Below, in pieces: positions 39,968 to 54,179 of a DNA stretch of 64,000 nt. The number at the start of each line of letters is the position of its first letter. The stretch's first letter is position 1. The DNA is taken from positions 55,676,001 to 55,740,000 of the forward strand of contig OZ024740.1 of assembly GCA_964016885.1 (NCBI GenBank), given 5' to 3'. Under the pieces are notes generated by a model, which saw only the letters and a list, made by a program, of their open reading frames with translations, ran no database searches and was not told the origin of the DNA. This stretch comes from Eledone cirrhosa. Taxonomy: Eukaryota. A program made the position numbers and the translations under genes.

Positions 39968-39968
<1 letters not shown>
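39787..39968 (+). mobile_element. Perfect 55-bp-arm palindrome folded back inside an HHR core, plus 68-nt tail, in (TA)n
   Basis: Arms 39787-39841 / 39846-39900; same family as 14297-14347; the tail end ccgattcaacccggaataac resembles 34957-34976. Confidence 0.85.
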
Positions 39969-40007
<39 letters not shown>

Positions 40008-41571
40008 TTATATATATATAGGTAAAAAACAGGAGGTTATATCTGTAGTTGGTAGAGCACTTCAAACATTTTCAAAACCTCCACCCTCAAAACCTTTAGT
40101 AGTTCACTCGTAACGTTTGTTGCGGTTGTACCGGTGATGATTACTGCTTACAACAATTGTTAATATTTTCTCACCACTAATATCAAGAAGCAATTTACTG
40201 ACCACCAAATGATCCACAAGATGAACGTCGGAAAATCAATTGTATATCTTCATTTATCACATCTTTATTAGTATTTTCCATATTGCATCAGTCATCATCA
40301 GATCCCTGCAAAAATGGTCTCTACCCCATTTCTCGTATTTTAAAGAAAACTTCAAATATGTAATGAAAATTCCATCAGATTTGATTCAAAAGAAAACTAC
40401 CAATTCATAGCAAGACACTTCGACGCTCCTCTTCTAACCCTTCTCGCCATCACGTTCAAATAATTTCAACCTTTGTACATTCCCACGTTTGGTCAAACTC
40501 ACAGATAAAAGTGACAGGGTTTGAAAACGTCTCTTTCATTCCCCACCAAACAGTGTGTTCCAGATATTGTGCTGTGCTTGCTGCTACTGCAACATACAGG
40601 GTTTACTATTCCTCATTCTTTCTCAACTTGTACATACAACAGTCTTACACCAATTATGCAGTAATTTCATTAGCAGGTACATCCTAAACCCTTCCAATGT
40701 GACCAAGACAATCCAGTTTTCTTTGACAACACAACAATATAAGGGCTACGCATATCAACTAATTGGGTTTACATTACACCCGTCCAGTGCACGAAACAAA
40801 TATGCATACAACTATCAAATACTCTACACATGCTAGACCTCGAAAGATCTCTCACCATAAATGCACCTTAACAACTAGACTTTCTCTTTAATATTTAGGC
40901 CTTCGTCATATATATATGTAATCCCCGGTAGAATAGTGTTCATATCAGTGCTAAACTTCGCTTGTGTCATAGAATGTTTCCACATAAGACTATGTAGCTT
41001 TTTGAAACATTTCACTCACAACACATGTTACAACAATTGAATTATATATACGTAATGCTTCTTCTACCACTATTAAAAAGACATATTTTTGTCTAATCAA
41101 AAAGCTGCACATCATCTTTGTCTCACTTCACTCGATATATACACCCAGCCCTTGCCTTCTTACTCTTTCGTGAATCTAGATACATCATCAGCATTCAAAG
41201 TTCGTCCAGTTCCTGCCCCCTTAAAACACAAAAATTCCATCATTTTTTCTACAGGTGTTAAAATATTCAATCAGAAGATCATCTGCATTGATGTTACATT
41301 TATGAACGAGCCCCAAAATACATGTTCAGTTTTAAATAGAATGAAAGAAATTGATATTGTCACTTAATACTCATGAAAATCTATCAATACTGGTTACGAG
41401 ACCATTTGACTTTCATCTACCGTCTTAAAATGGATCCCTTCTAGGTTCAACATGCAGTTCAAGGCCCACCTCAAGGAACACATTTCGTCATCATTTGTCT
41501 CAATTTCATCATCGTCAATTTTAATTTTGATATTACTAAAGGATGGATCGAGATTTTATTTTTCATTGTTA

Positions 41572-41790
41572 TGAAGGCACGTGGATTAGTCGTTAGACAA
41601 TTGAATTCGCAATATGTCCTTAAGGCGAACACGTCATTTCAAATTGCACTTTCTGCCATGAGTTGCGACCGGTAGTTGATATCAGCAATGGAAACACCAA
41701 TGGAATCATTGTATCCTTTGTTCGATTTGACGAGTTCGACACCTATCGGTAAGCGAAGGAAGTCTGGGCTATTATCGATCAATTAGTTCT
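41572..41790 (+). mobile_element. Decayed CORE-type SINE
   Basis: Homologous to the reverse complement of 3999-4222. Confidence 0.7.
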
Positions 41791-42417
41791 ATCGATTACT
41801 ATGAAGGAGGGAATTGATAGCAGTAATTCCCTCTCAAATCCATGTAGATGAATGTAAACATTTTTATGTTTTACAAAAGAAGGTTACAAGTTCTGTATAA
41901 AGAAATTATCATATTTAATATGAACGCAAATACGCATTCATTTAAAACTATATACCGTACTATACAGGCTAGAACTCTCTGAGTTCAAATCTCGCCGAGG
42001 TCAACTTTGCCTTTTATCTTTTCAAAGTCGCCAGGATTGAAATGCACAAGAACCGCCGTATTTCAAAGCGGCGCCCCTATGACTCTATCAGGAGTTATGT
42101 GATTATATATACCATACTGTATATAGTACGATTAATACAAACATGCGTCAGTTTCATATTTTATTCGTTATTCACATTCATTACCTATCTTTAGATATTC
42201 TTAAACTATCCGAAAAACTTTCTTCGGTAAACACGATGATGACAACATTGGAAGTGACGATGACGAATTCGAGATTGACGATGACAAAATTAGTGTTGAT
42301 AAAGACGAATTTGTGGGGAAAGGAAATAGGTAATGCAAGAACCATAAAGAGGAAATAATTATACGTTGAAGTTAAAATGAAATAAATGTTTTAGTCATTA
42401 TTAGTATTACAACTTGT

Positions 42418-42920
42418 GAAGGCGCATGGCTTAGTGGTTAGAGCATCAGACTTACAATCACGATATTGTAAGTTCGATTCCTGGAGTGAGTAATGCGTTG
42501 TGTTCTTGAGTATGACAATTTATTTCACTTATTTGAGCTTTTTCAGGAGTATATTATATTTAAAATAATTGTTTCTACTTTTGGCACAAGGCCAGCAATT
42601 ATCCCAATGTATTACTGCTACTTTATTTTATCGACCCTGTAAGGATGAAAGGCAAAGTTAACCTCGGCGGGATTTGAACTCAGATCATAAAGGGGCGTAA
42701 CTCTATGCTGCAAAGTATGGCGTCCGGCCCTCTACTGATATTGCTTATCCACCACCCTGTAGAAATGAGTTGCGACGTCACTGGTGCCAAGCTGTATCGG
42801 CCATTGGCTTTCCCTTGGACAACATCGGTGTCGTGGAGTGGGGATGCCCGGAGTTCTGCCACAGATGGGAATTCTCTAGGTGCAAATCCCATAGTCATAT
42901 GTGACCGAAAGTGGTCTTTA
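42418..42920 (+). mobile_element. CORE-type SINE interrupted by an antisense family A SINE (42563-42757)
   Basis: Head with A/B boxes at 42418-42530; 3' part resumes at ~42760. Confidence 0.8.
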
Positions 42921-43268
42921 CTTTTAAGTATTACAACTCATAATGCTTCAGTATTATTCTGCTTCATAATCCCCTCCGCTGCACTTTCAGAGGTAGCGAC
43001 GAAAAAATCACTATTGAATTTACAAAACATCGATACAGACACATGAAATATTCTAAAAATTAGTAAATATTCAAAGACGCTATAATCATTTCTTGAAATT
43101 TGTTGTTAGCTATGATCAAACTGTGTTGAGCTTCAATTTCACTTTCTGATCTAGTAAAATAAAAATAAAAATGTAAATTCGTGTTCATAGATATTTGCAT
43201 ATTTTCATATGTTGATATATATGTATATATATGTGTATGTTTATATGTTTTTTTTTATTTCTGTTTTT

Positions 43269-43334
<66 letters not shown>

Positions 43335-44066
43335 TAAAACAGAAAACAAAAAAAAACAAAAGCAAAGCGAAGAGGCAGCACAAAGTGTTAATATTAGGTT
43401 CACGCTTAAGAGTGAGGGGTGGGGACAATATATCTATATATATCTACATATATATAGAGAGAGATAGATAGATATAATTATATGTATATATATAAATATA
43501 TATATTTATGTATATATATATGAGTCTGTGTGTGTCTCTGTGTGTGTTTGTGTTTCTGTTTGTGGATGTGTGTGCGTGTGTGTGAATGTGTGTTTGTTTC
43601 TGTGTGAGTTTGTGTGTGTGTGTGGAATACATTCAATAAACACGCATACAAGCCCCATGCTGTCGAACACTAAGGTAACCGAAGAAGAAAAAAATCAGCG
43701 AAAACAAGTTAAAACATACAATCAAGGGGAATAGAAAAATTAATAAAACGACGTAAGACATATTACGATAAAACAGAGATACGTTCATTCTTGCTTGGGT
43801 ACTATTTAAACTGCTACTCTCAGTGGCAAGTCTATATTTGACGGGTCCATACGTATTCGGAACTGACGCCTGGCGCCAAAGTGAAGGAAGTAGGATACAG
43901 ATTGCTTGGCAGCCTATGAGATTTTCCTTACAGCCATCCCATTAGTTGTCATGATGAATTTATTAAAATCAATCATATATTCTAATTAGCAAGTTAACAA
44001 CGCGTCTGTTAGACAGAGTTAAAATGAAAAAAAGACTGGGACATATATATATATACACAGACACAG

Positions 44067-44147
<81 letters not shown>

Positions 44148-44622
44148 CATGTGTATATACACACATATATATATATACATATATACCTGTCTGTATGTGT
44201 TCTCGTATGCATGTATGTATTAATATGCCTGTCTCTGTCTCTGTCTCGTCCCTGGTTCCTGCACCTAGCTGTGTTTGATTTTTTTTTCTTTCGTTTTGGC
44301 TGCGGTATTAATTTGATATATTATAGAGAGAATTTAGTCAATTGGAGCAATACAGACAAATATGTGTAAGTTTCTGTTTTATTTGTGCGTGCGTGTGTCT
44401 GAGTGTGTAACTCCAAACGCTTGTGCGTGTTGAGGTGATTGCTGTAGGACGGGTAGGTGTGTCGATATGTGCGTATATGTAATAGGATTGTGTATGCATG
44501 AGTGTACTTAGAAGTAATTTTTCAGTAAATGTGGGAAAATATTCATATTTGTGTATGTGCGTGTTTCTACGTTTGCGCGTATGTTATACTGTGAATGTGT
44601 CTGTGTAATACATAAATGTATG

Positions 44623-44659
<37 letters not shown>

Positions 44660-44717
44660 GTATATATATATGTATATATGTATGTATATATGTATTATGT
44701 ATGTATGTATATATGTA

Positions 44718-44748
<31 letters not shown>

Positions 44749-44913
44749 TACGCAGACACATTCCTTAACATATATCTAGAGAGAGTGTGTGAGAGAGAGA
44801 TGGCCAGATATATAAGTGTATGTGTTTGTGTAATTAGGTGTATGTGTATCTTCACATACACATATATACATGCATATACGAACACAAACACACACAAACC
44901 CACACACACACAA

Positions 44914-44981
<68 letters not shown>

Positions 44982-45013
44982 GCACAACTGGTATGAAGAT
45001 GCTGCATTATTTT

Positions 45014-45197
45014 ATTGGCAGTATCGGTAGAGGGTCGGACGTCATGCTTTGACGCATAGAGTTACGGCTCTTTCCATTCTGAGTTCAAATCCCGCCAAGG
45101 TCAATTTGCCTTTCATCCTTACGGGGTCGATAAAATAAAGTACCAGTAATGCACTGGGTAATTGCTGGCCTTGTGCCAAAAGTAGAAACAATTATTT
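45014..45197 (+). mobile_element. SINE family A
   Basis: Matches the family. Confidence 0.9.
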
Positions 45198-45469
45198 TAT
45201 TATGTGTATATGTATTGTTTTGCAAAACTCAAAATCCCCACTTGTAGAGAGTTTTTGTCTCGTCACTTGAACTTATAGAAATTGTCGCTTAATCTTCCCA
45301 ATTTAAAAAGAAAATGAAGAGAGGAATACTTTAGATAATATAGTTCTAAATACATCACAATTTTACTCAGTTTCCAGTTGGAACTAAACAACAGATGTGT
45401 GGATAGTGATTAAGTAGGTTCCCTATCCCCAATAAACGGTTATTTTACTATTAAACATACACTTTTCAA

Positions 45470-46103
45470 CTAGCACGCACCTGGATAATCATGTGTATCA
45501 GGGTTTCCCTGAGGCTCGGCCTCCGGATCTCCGAACCACATAAATACCGCTGTAGATCCACCGTAGACTCTTTCAGCTTCCACTGGCTGTCCTGCCCTAC
45601 AGTGCCGGGTGCCACCCAAACCATGCTTATCTCAACGAGTGAATCAATCATTACGTTGCAGGGCTGGACGGAGAGGACGGCAAAAGGCCAGACGGCATGA
45701 CCAACTTCCCGTTCCACAGTCGTAAAACCCTCATCAGGGATGCCCCATGCAGTGGAAGATTCTCCAGCGGCAACTTGCTGCAGCCTACGACTAACCCAGG
45801 TTCTGCAGCACTTCGGGCCTAGGAGGGTAACATTTCCAAATAGCGGCCGCTCTCCAATAGGTTTGCGGTCGAGCCCGTAGTAGTGGAGAATTCTGGTGTC
45901 TTTGACCCTCGGGCCACACCCTGCTCACCACCCTCGGCACAGATTTGGTTACCCGCAGGTGTGAACCTCGTGAGATGGAATGGCACTTCCAGCGCGTTTC
46001 CCTCACCGTCTTCCGGGAAAATGCCTTCTCTATTCTGTCCGCTGGTGCTGTTAAGCGGCCAGCCCGTGAGCCCCTTTTGCTCACAATAGTGAAAGATGGT
46101 TAG
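45470..46103 (+). mobile_element. Decayed CRE-like non-LTR retrotransposon C-terminus (zinc knuckle plus restriction-like endonuclease)
   Basis: RVSLRLGLRISEPHKYRC..VD...H.LSC; DGKRPDGMTNFPF...TLIRDAPC; PVVVENSGVF; EPREMEWHFQRVSLTVFRENAFSIL. Contains stops and frameshifts; GC-rich island. Confidence 0.85.
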
Positions 46104-46215
46104 AGCAGGAGAGAAGGAGGCAGTGATAGTAGGTGTTTCGTGCTTTTGTGTTCGGACCTGGTGTATATATATACTGTATGTATATAAGAGAGAATGAGTC
46201 TATGTAATCACTAAA

Positions 46216-46772
46216 AATTAATTGTTTCTACTTTTGGCACAAGGCCAGCAATTAACCAGTACATTACTGGTACTTTATTTTATCGGCCCCGTAAGGATGA
46301 AAGGTATTTGAACTCAGGGATTTGAACTCAGACCGTAATGGGACGTAACTATTCTAGAAAGCATGGCGTCCAACCCTCTACCGATATAGCCAATTCACTA
46401 GAAATTAATTGTTTCTACTTTAGGCACAAGGCCAGCAATTAACCAGTGCAATACTGGTACTTTATTTTATCGACCCCGTAAGGATGAAAGGCAAAGTCAA
46501 CCTCGGCGGGATTTGAACTCAGATCGTAAAGGGACGTAACTATGCTGGAAAGCATGGCGCCCGACTCTCTACCGATATAGAAATTAATTGTTTCTACTAT
46601 TGGCACAAGGCCAGAAAATTACCCAGTACATTACTGGTACTTTATTTTATCGACCCCGTAAGGATGAAAGGCAAAGTTAACCTCGGCGGGATTTGAACTC
46701 AGAATGGCAAGGGCCGTAACTCTATGCGTCAAAGCATGGCGTCCGAACCTCTACCGATACTGCCAATCCATA
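46216..46772 (-). mobile_element. Three head-to-tail family A SINE copies
   Basis: Units ~46216-46398, 46403-46578 and 46582-46770. Confidence 0.9.
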
Positions 46773-47859
46773 GAAATTAATGTTACTCTATATAGTGCAG
46801 TAATATTCTTAATGATAAAATCGTGCGTGGTTAGTAACCAGATAGTTTTGGGGTCAACCCTAACGCGTTGATTTGCATTTTCTTCTATCAAATCTATTGC
46901 GCCCTTTTACCAACAGCACCAAATTGTGTCAGGCACAGCAAACTATCATACTCAGCAGCAGATGTATGAGTCTTTAAGCCACTATTTGATCGTTTTAGCA
47001 GAAAGAAATATAAGTCAAATCCCCTTCAAATTGCATTCTGCTTCGGTTGTTTGCAACCTCTATACCACGATACACTTTGTACACGTTTTCAGCGGTATTT
47101 CAGTTGAGTCGAAAAATGCCATGATATTTAGAAACCTCGAGCGATTATTATGGAGCTAAGTGCAATGCGTTTGTTTATATCTATTTAAAAACAATTCTAA
47201 TATTCGCTGCTGTCTTTAATATAAAACTATTAAATAGCATATGTTGTGGCGTAACACTTTTAGTGTCTCATTCAAACTCCTGTAAATAGTACAACGATGA
47301 ATATTAAAATCCTACCATCTTTAATGAAAGGAGCACATCGTATAATATAGTACAGTGTACAAATTTCATATTTAGTTTTTGATGTATTAATTATATTTTA
47401 TCAAACAATGGCTTCCTTTTTAAACAGTTCACAATGTCACATCTTTACAGTAAAGTGTGACATTCTATGTCCAGTAGTGATATAACTGAATTGAAATGGT
47501 TTCAGTTACAATTATTCTGTCTTTTCAGTAAGGCAATCTATGCTACCTTACTCAGTCTGGTCAATACATCTATGTAGATTTATGATTGCTAATGATATTT
47601 TCAATAAGCATTTGTCACATACTGTGAATCAGCCCCATTACAGAAAGAAGTATGCAGCCGATAGTCTAAGTCGGAAAGATGAATCTTCAATACGTGTTGA
47701 AAGCTAATTTGGTTCCTATACATAGCTAAAGCCCTTGGGGTGGGTACCAGTACCACAGCTTCTCAAAGAAAATCTAGAAAATAAATACCTTATAGGAAAG
47801 AAAATAACAGTTTTAAAGCATGTTTGAAGAGAAATGTTAATTTAATAATCATATAAAAG

Positions 47860-48410
47860 AAAAAAATAGAAGAGAAGAAATAAGTAGAGACGGGGTTGGC
47901 GGAGATATAAGAGAGGAAGAAAAGAATAAATGGAGAGAGAGAGGAAATAAGAAAAATATAAAAATAAAAGAATAAATGGGAATAGAGAGAGAAAAGAAGT
48001 AGAAGGAGAGAAGGATAAGAAGAATGGGGAGGATAATAATAATATTGTAGAGGAGGAGGAGAAAGAGAAAGAGGAGGAGGAGGAGAAGGGAGAAGAAGAA
48101 GAAGAAAAAGAAGAAGAAGATGGAGGATGGGTGGGGAGGAGGAGGGGGGGAATAAGTGAAGTAGGAGTAAAAGAAGAAAAAGAAGAAGAATGAGGATGAA
48201 GAGTAAGGAGAAGGGGAAGAGAAAGAAGAAAAAGAAGAATAAGGAAGAGGGGGGAGGAGGAGGAGGAGGAGGAAGAGGAAGGGGAGAAGAAGAAGAAGAA
48301 CAACAACAACAACAACAACAAAAACAACAACAACAGCAACAACAACAACAACAACATCAGCAACAATAACACCAACAACAACAATAACAACAACAGCAAC
48401 AAGAAGAAAG
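47860..48410. repeat. Purine-rich (GAA/GGA)n then (CAA)n tract
   Basis: Directly visible. Confidence 0.92.
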
Positions 48411-50689
48411 GAATAGTATTAATGACGGGAAGAATAGAATTATTAGAAAATATACCACAAACAGAACCGTTGGCAGTTTTCTTGTGGCCTTGAATAAGCA
48501 ACTTTGCCTGCGGTAACTTGTCTAAGGGCAATTATCTCTACTTTTATATGGCATAACAAGACTCGCTAGTTTATAGCTGATGATTCTACATAAGCTTCTT
48601 AACACCTTACTAAATCTAAGAAATCCCTTGCAATAGAACGTGTCAGAACCTTTACAAAACACGCACGTTTCTTTCAGCCGGTTTTCTCATTGAAAGCAAA
48701 GGACGTCTAGTGCACGCATTCTCACCACAAGTCGGCTTACCGAGCATAGAATAAAAGCTGACAGGATACCTTATCATGTGAAAGTTCTTTTTAAGTAGAA
48801 TGAAAGAGGGGGAATTATGAAGAGCAAGGCGTAAGATAGAGAGAAAGTTAAAAGTAGAGTAAAGAGCTTTATGCGAGAGCGATAAAAAGAAAAAAAACTA
48901 AAGAAATATATTAAACGATATTAAAAGTATTAAAGAGAATAGAGGAATCTTAAGTAAGGAAAGGAAAGATATTTTGAGTTAATAGTATGAGAACATTGAA
49001 ATACACACCGAATAAGTGGGAAGGGAATGAGAAACAGAAAAGAAACAATATAGAGTGTATATGTAAGAGGGTGAGAGACAGAAAGCGATAGAGAAAGCCA
49101 GAGGAGAGAGTGAGAATGAAAGAGAGAGGAGAGAGTGACAGTTGAAGAAATGGAAATATAGACAGATTCATTGATATTTGCTTCGAGAAAAATCAAAAGA
49201 AAGACGAAAGCAAATAATTGTGAGTGAGCCTTGAAAAATATAAAACAAATTATAGAAATGAAAATTATGAATAAATAAACTAATTGAAGCAGAAGAAAAA
49301 TTCTTAAAAATGAGGGAAAAACCATATAAATTGACATATCGAGGTGGCTTATGTTGATTAAAACAGTTTATTTTGTTTTGTACTCAGAATATTCGTGAAA
49401 GTTGTTGGTGTTTTAACTGAACCTTACAACTGCGTTAATTTGAAGTGATTATTATAAATTTAAAAAAAAGGCGAATTTTTTCATGTTAATTTTAAATTGA
49501 CGTTAATATTTTGTTTTTGATTTTCACGTTTATTTGCATTACGCAATTATTTCTCAATTTCTTTAGTAGTTTTGTTTTTGACGAATGCTTGCATTTTTCA
49601 TTTTTTGTTGATTTTTTTTGTTTTTGTTTTTTTTTTAGAAACCATATAAATAGTTTTTGGCGGGTTACAGTGATAAGTACAATAATCGGCTCTTAGCAAT
49701 CAGTGGAAATGGTATTTAAATTTCGCTCAAAGTTTAAAAAAGTTCATTTAAGAAAAATAGACGTTAAAATGTCTTAATTAAAAATCGGACATTTATTTCA
49801 TTGGAAGTGGTAGATAGCTAATCAAGGATAATTAGTGCTGATTTTTTTTTAATGATTCAAATTCTATAAACATATAGGGAAAAACATATCCAACCCCTTA
49901 ATTCGTTAATTGCTAAATTGATTGCATTCGTCTTTTCACATATTGTAAAGCCATTCAGGTGGTTAAGTGTAATTTTAATAGCTCTTTGATTTGTTGCTTT
50001 GCTTTTGACTTTTTTTTAAATATTTCTTTCTTATATAAGCTGCAAATTAGTAGACGATTTGAAATGTGAATGTTTCTGAATGACAAATCTGTAGAGTGAA
50101 GAAACACATTTCTATTGATTTTTAACGAAGAAATAATGAGTACCAAGAAACACAGTATGCAGCTTATCCGAGCCTCAGTTTATATCCCAGTAAATATTGG
50201 TTATTTAGTGCAAGCTTCTGCACCAAGTAAACATGCAAATAGTAAAGAATATTGGATGTTTAATAATTGCTATTGTTGCCGAAAAGCCCTGTTAGCTCTA
50301 GTTGAGGAAACCTATGATTTGAAGATCAATCGACATTTTAAAGCTTAAAAAGTATGGTTCTCATCTAAAAACATCGTGGGAGGATATGGCTGTTACATAG
50401 AACACGTTGATAGAACTGCCTAAATAACCTTCATCGGTTCATTTTTATATTAATAATTCTTCAACTTGTAATTCCAATGAAACCATTTAAACCAAATCTT
50501 GCTCATTCCAACTGGCGTATTCCAACTGCTATCTGTTCAAATCTATTCAACGACTTACGTGATTCAAAGAAAAATAATTTCAAGATGCGTCATATCTTCA
50601 AATAGAAGAGATTTTAAGTAGGAATAGATTAAAATTATCGGTTATTTGGAATGAAGATTACTTACCATAATCCATATTGTTAAACATTG

Positions 50690-53600
50690 CTATAGAAAGG
50701 TTACTTTGTATTTTTCTCTTCCTTTGTTCTGAATATTACTAGTAACAGTTATGAAAAATCGTGTATAGTTAAGATATCTATAAGTATGACAGTGATTCAA
50801 GTTATTAGATACCATGATGTTAATATCATAGTAGGCTGTCTCCAGTAAACCTGTGTTAATAAATATTTCAGAGATAACATGTTGAAACAAGATGAAATCT
50901 ACAAATAGATATCTATTTGACATGGTTTGTTTTGGGGGAATGAGTCACACAAACATTATTCGTTGTTGAAGCACAATTGAAAACCTCGTTGTCTGCTATT
51001 TATAGCAGGTAGAGTGACAACGCAATGTTCACTTTTTTTTCTGGTAGTGACACATCCGAAATTTCTAACTCAAGATAATAAGATAATGGCCTATTGCACA
51101 ATGATCAACCAACTAAGAGCTGTTGTTGATGTTTACACCCAAATATGAAATCTGATCAAGTCACGCAGACCTCTGATTAAATGAAACTCTTGCCAAACAC
51201 ATTCAATCTTTATTTTCAGAAACAGGATCACTGGTTTCTCTAAGATTCTATATTGTTAAAAATAGGTGATAGGTTGGTTGTGAATGGGATTTACTAATTT
51301 CATATAAGGTCACATTGTGTGCCTCTTTGTTTCCTGTAACTAATAGTAGTGATAACGTTACCGCCAACTCAATATTTGAGAGCTAAGTTTCTTTTCTATT
51401 GATGATTTTAAGCATGTATCATCTACAATCGAGCAATATGACTACCTACACAGACATTCCAGTGGTGAAAACCCTGCCGTATTTTAATATCTAGGACTAT
51501 ATTGTCGATTGTGTGCTTACTTTTAATATGAATTTGATTTGGTAGGGAGTTGACAGGGTTTAAACATTAGCAGATGGAGTGACCATGTAGAGGTTCGCTC
51601 GTATTTTATAATTGTCATGAGGGATATCGACATACAAATTATGAATCATATTGATCTGATCAAGAGTGTATTTAATATTTTTTATATCAACATACAGTGC
51701 CAGACTTGGACTCGGTGCGTTAAAATCCGGCATTGGTCTAGTTGGGTGATAAACTGATTTGGTAACACAGTTTTAATTCCATCACCTGTTTCCAAAATAT
51801 ATTTAGCGGAGCTCATTCTGTTAGAAGCATTAGTGTCAGGTCTCCATTTAGGAAGTCCTAAATACTGGTCTTCCCTGGCGAATCGCTAAAACCATGATAT
51901 ATGAAATTATTACTATGTGACACTAGAAAGAGGAATATCGTTCAACATTTACGTTCACTTATTATATGCCTCTGTAGAACCGTGTAACGACGGTTAATAT
52001 ATATCGGTGAAACATTTACACAATGAATGAGAAACTGATAAATCCTTGAAGTCAAACAAACAAATGTTGTAGTATTTTTGTGCCCATGCGTTGCACAGAC
52101 ACTCTTACCATGCTCGTTGTCTAAAATGTAATAAACCAGTAAATAGCATGAATGAAACAGGTAGCCAACGATAAAATGCCAAATGGAAATTAAACAAATA
52201 CCAACATATAGGTATGTACTCTATAACTACTATATAGATTTTATGCAGGAAACAATCAGTTTCTAATAAATAAAAAATCCATCAGTTAACATTTCTTTAA
52301 TAAACCATAACAATTTCAGGCAGAACATGGAAATAAGTATATTTACTACGTAATGTATCAAACATTTATCATTCTCTCCATAGCGATTTGAATTGGGATT
52401 ATTTTCTTACTGATAAACTCGCTGCAACCTTTATTTTACAAGTATTTATAATCTATTTATATTCTTTCTTATCATTTATCCTTCTTCGGTGAAGTGTCTA
52501 TTGAGGCGATGGCAACCTATTCCAGCGACCTGTTGGTCGGCAATTACGACGGCGTAGCCGATTTAGAAAGAGAGTGAAGGATTTTAAAACACATAAGAGA
52601 AGAATCTAAGCCAGTAAACGAAAGGTTGACCTCGGCGGGATTCGAAATCTGAAAGCAAATAGCTGGAAAAATTACCATGCAGAATTTGACCGACACGCAA
52701 TCAGATTTAACAAACAAACGCACTATACCAATTCTTGCTTTACATAGAGTTTATATTAGATTGTATCTTTCACACTTAATCAATAGGAATTGATTTTTAA
52801 ATTCAACGTGAAAATGGTAACGATGAAAACTCAGCTAGGTTTACGGTAGAAATTGCTGTCAGGTACTACGAAATCATACTTTACTGACAAAGACAGGATG
52901 GTACACCACTGAAGCGACATCGATCATATGGCTGCTCTATCAGGGCTAACGATGGGTCATCAATAGCATCAACATATTCAAAATAGAAGGATTAAATACA
53001 AAGTTGATCCATACAAAAGATTATCGAAATCACATTATTTAGTTGATTTATATGTAAAATTCAATACATTTTACCTGTTTAAGCAAGGCTATTGTTTAAA
53101 CGTTTTATTGAATACATTGAGATATGCGAGCATCTCATATTCTCCAATGCAAGAAACTATGAGATACATGAAATATTGATTCTTGAACAATTAGACAGCG
53201 AATTGTTTCACGCCTAAACATCTTCATCAAATGTCTTCTGTCATGCTTTCCGAAATTCAAAGCTGCAATTTTAAACATTTTCCTTATGTATTTTTTGCTA
53301 AAGGAATCCTCTAACATCAGATTTAGTTGTTTTGGAACATGTTTATAAATATCTGTTTCTCCTAATTACCCTTTCAAAAATTTTGTGATTTTTCCATATT
53401 TCTCTTTCTCATTGATTATAATAGACCATATATTTTTCTCTACAACGCCACCACTCTTCTTCTAACTTCAAATTCCACTGAGCTTCTTTGTTCAGTTTCA
53501 TGATTCGGGAACTGAAGAACAATTTTTTTGTATAATAATGTTCAGATGCAGATTCATTCAACAATAAACAGCTCTTTCCTAAAACATTTTGAGACCTTTT
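50690..53600 (-). pseudogene. Tentative decayed PKD-repeat (polycystin-1/REJ-like) coding remnants
   Basis: NASNRMSSAKYILETGDG (51696-51885), YYDINIMVSNNL (50705-50850), FKIAALN...LIVQESI (53135-53350) and VVAL*RKIYGL resemble PKD-domain motifs. Judged by eye only. Confidence 0.3.
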
Positions 53601-54093
53601 AGTTCAAATATTTCTCAGTATTCCTTGTCAAAATCTTATACCACATTTCTCACAATTGTGTTAGCTATTCACCTACATACCTGTGATAACCAATACATAA
53701 GTAAATGTTTTAATGTGCTACAACCCCACAGAGGGAAATATTAAATTAAATTAAATGTTGATAATTTCTGTCACTCATTTATATTAGCTAAAGGCTGGTA
53801 AGGAGCAAACTAATCATAAATTGCTTTATCTGTTTCTTCCATCGCCACACTACGGTTGCTAGAGACGCTTATAGTACTAGTGATACTACTTCTACTCTTC
53901 CTATTACTGTAACCAATGCTACCATTAATACTGTGTCACCACTTAATTCAGCTTACCAACAGCATAAGTAAAATTGTAAATAGATTATGAATGGTCAATA
54001 GAAAATGGGGAAAAACCGATCAACGAGATCTTTATCTCTGAAAATCATATGTATACACAAAGACACGCACATATGTAAGCATACACATAATCA

Positions 54094-54179
<86 letters not shown>

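Noticed and set aside
40100-41500. Possible Mutator-like/Kolobok transposase relic (KLDCLGHI on minus at ~40696-40719)
   Set aside because: Only one short motif is recognisable and the surrounding frames are too broken to support a call.
42418-42490. tRNA genes at A/B-box motifs
   Set aside because: No cloverleaf; they continue into SINE bodies.
47842-48531. 229-aa Leu/Ser/Phe ORF
   Set aside because: Antisense reading of GAA/CAA simple repeats.
52110-52121. Micro-exon candidates (also ~50666-50689 and ~23144-23164)
   Set aside because: Splice-like motifs this close together occur by chance; no supporting context.
52870-52985. Apparent exon FYFEYVDAIDDPSLALIEQPYDRC
   Set aside because: Preceded by a stop with no acceptor, and it resembles an old dispersed repeat also seen at ~51120-51600.
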